Source of the DNA: Octopus vulgaris
Lineage: Eukaryota
Length of the DNA: 64,000 nt
NCBI GenBank assembly: GCA_951406725.2
Contig: OX597831.1
Coordinates: 34,844,001-34,908,000 of the forward strand
Direction: 5' to 3'
Of this stretch, positions 62,811 through 64,000 are shown in pieces. Positions within the stretch are counted from its first letter, which is position 1, and each line of letters opens with the position of its first letter. The position numbers and the translations under genes were made by a program. Below the pieces are notes generated by a model. It made no database searches. It had not been told where the DNA came from and saw only the letters and a list, made by a program, of their open reading frames with translations.

Positions 62811-64000
62811 ATATATGTATGTGTGTATATATGTGTGCAAAGCACATTATGACCAGTGATATATAACATCTGATAGTCCAGTCGATCATGTGATATACAT
62901 ACATGTGTGTGTGTACATGTGTATTTGTATTTTTGCATATATAGATGTATATATGTGTGTGTTTTGGATATAAGAATTTATTAATCAGAGTGGTTTAAAA
63001 TCTTTTAGAAAAGCAGTTTTGTAAATTTTGAAAATAAAGTAAAAGTATAGCTCATGTCGGGCAGTTTGATCCTTTCTCTGTTTTTAATACCCTAAATATA
63101 GCATAAAATACTATTGGCCCAGTCATATTTATAAGGGTTTCAGTTTTGTTACTTCACCTTTTTTTCAACATGCCAGGGACTGGTAATATTTCTTAATAAT
63201 ATTAATTTATACCGGAAACAATATATATCATGAATATAATAAAAGTTGACAATTTTCTATAATGTTTCTTTCTTTTCTGGAAACTCGCCATGTACCAGCA
63301 AGTGATGGCTCATGGACCGGCACCAGTCCGCAGGCCACCACTTTGAGTAGTGCTGCTTTGATCAAGCTAACATTCATGGTGCTGCTTGCAATTAGAAATT
63401 TAACATACAACAGTCAAAAGCCAAATACTGGGTCAGTGGTGTAATCATCAAGGTAGTGGGTCTTGACAGGTTTTCATGTAGCACCTTCTACAATCTGGAG
63501 TATTTGGTTGGAGAATGCCCCCCCTTCCCCTGGAGCTTATCAGTCGTGTTTTGGCTATCTGTCAGCACCTTGTAGGTATTGTTTATTCTTATACTGTAAA
63601 CATATTTGCTGAGAACTGGTCGTGATTGCAGTAGTGATGCCTGGAAACAAAATACCTTTACTGCAATTTTACTAATCCCATATAACAGTATTAAATAAAC
63701 CAAGATTAGATCTCAACACTAACTTTTCTATAATTGTTTCCTTGCATTGCCATACAGCCAAGCACTTTACAACAAACTAATAAGGGAAGCTATTCAGACA
63801 CCTGACCTACTAGAAATAGCAGCAAATCTCTCCAAAATAGCAATGATTTACATTTTTAAAAATTGGAAGAACATATTGGTTAATGTAATCATAAATAGAC
63901 TGTCTAAAAAGATAGAATAGCCATAGCTTAAATGATAGTTCCTTCTTTAATCATAACTCAGATCAATCAGGGCTGACCAGATGCTAAACAACAACAATTC

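Noticed and set aside
60483-63355. hAT-like TIR pair (cagaactactcaac / ttgagtagtgctg) as one 2.9-kb element
   Set aside because: The flanking 8-mers (tgttaaag versus ctttgatc) are not a target duplication; more likely ends of separate remnants.

Overview
AT-rich, repeat-dense eukaryotic genomic DNA. The tRNA-derived SINE repertoire and microsatellite load suggest an octopod cephalopod (Octopus-like); this is an inference. Almost all ORF-track entries are SINE or microsatellite artefacts. The one recognisable gene piece is an isolated 87-nt, phase 0-0 plus-strand exon (34596-34682) matching the N-terminal region of splicing factor CDC40/PRP17, so most of the window is probably giant intron. 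The rest holds dozens of copies of about five SINE families, decayed RTE and CR1-type LINE fragments, three Tc1/mariner relics (one with DD37D spacing, a related N-terminal fragment, one mariner-type), several MITE families, a Helentron/HINE-like element and a ~45-bp minisatellite. Two things stand out. (1) Four type I hammerhead-ribozyme-like motifs of the minimal Penelope/retrozyme style: three cluster at 52.3-52.8 kb between (TA)n tracts, and one of these has a complete catalytic core. (2) A series of short minus-strand exon candidates, several with both canonical splice sites, suggesting an unidentified antisense nested gene with many small cassette or alternative terminal exons. Repeat boundaries were read by eye and are approximate.
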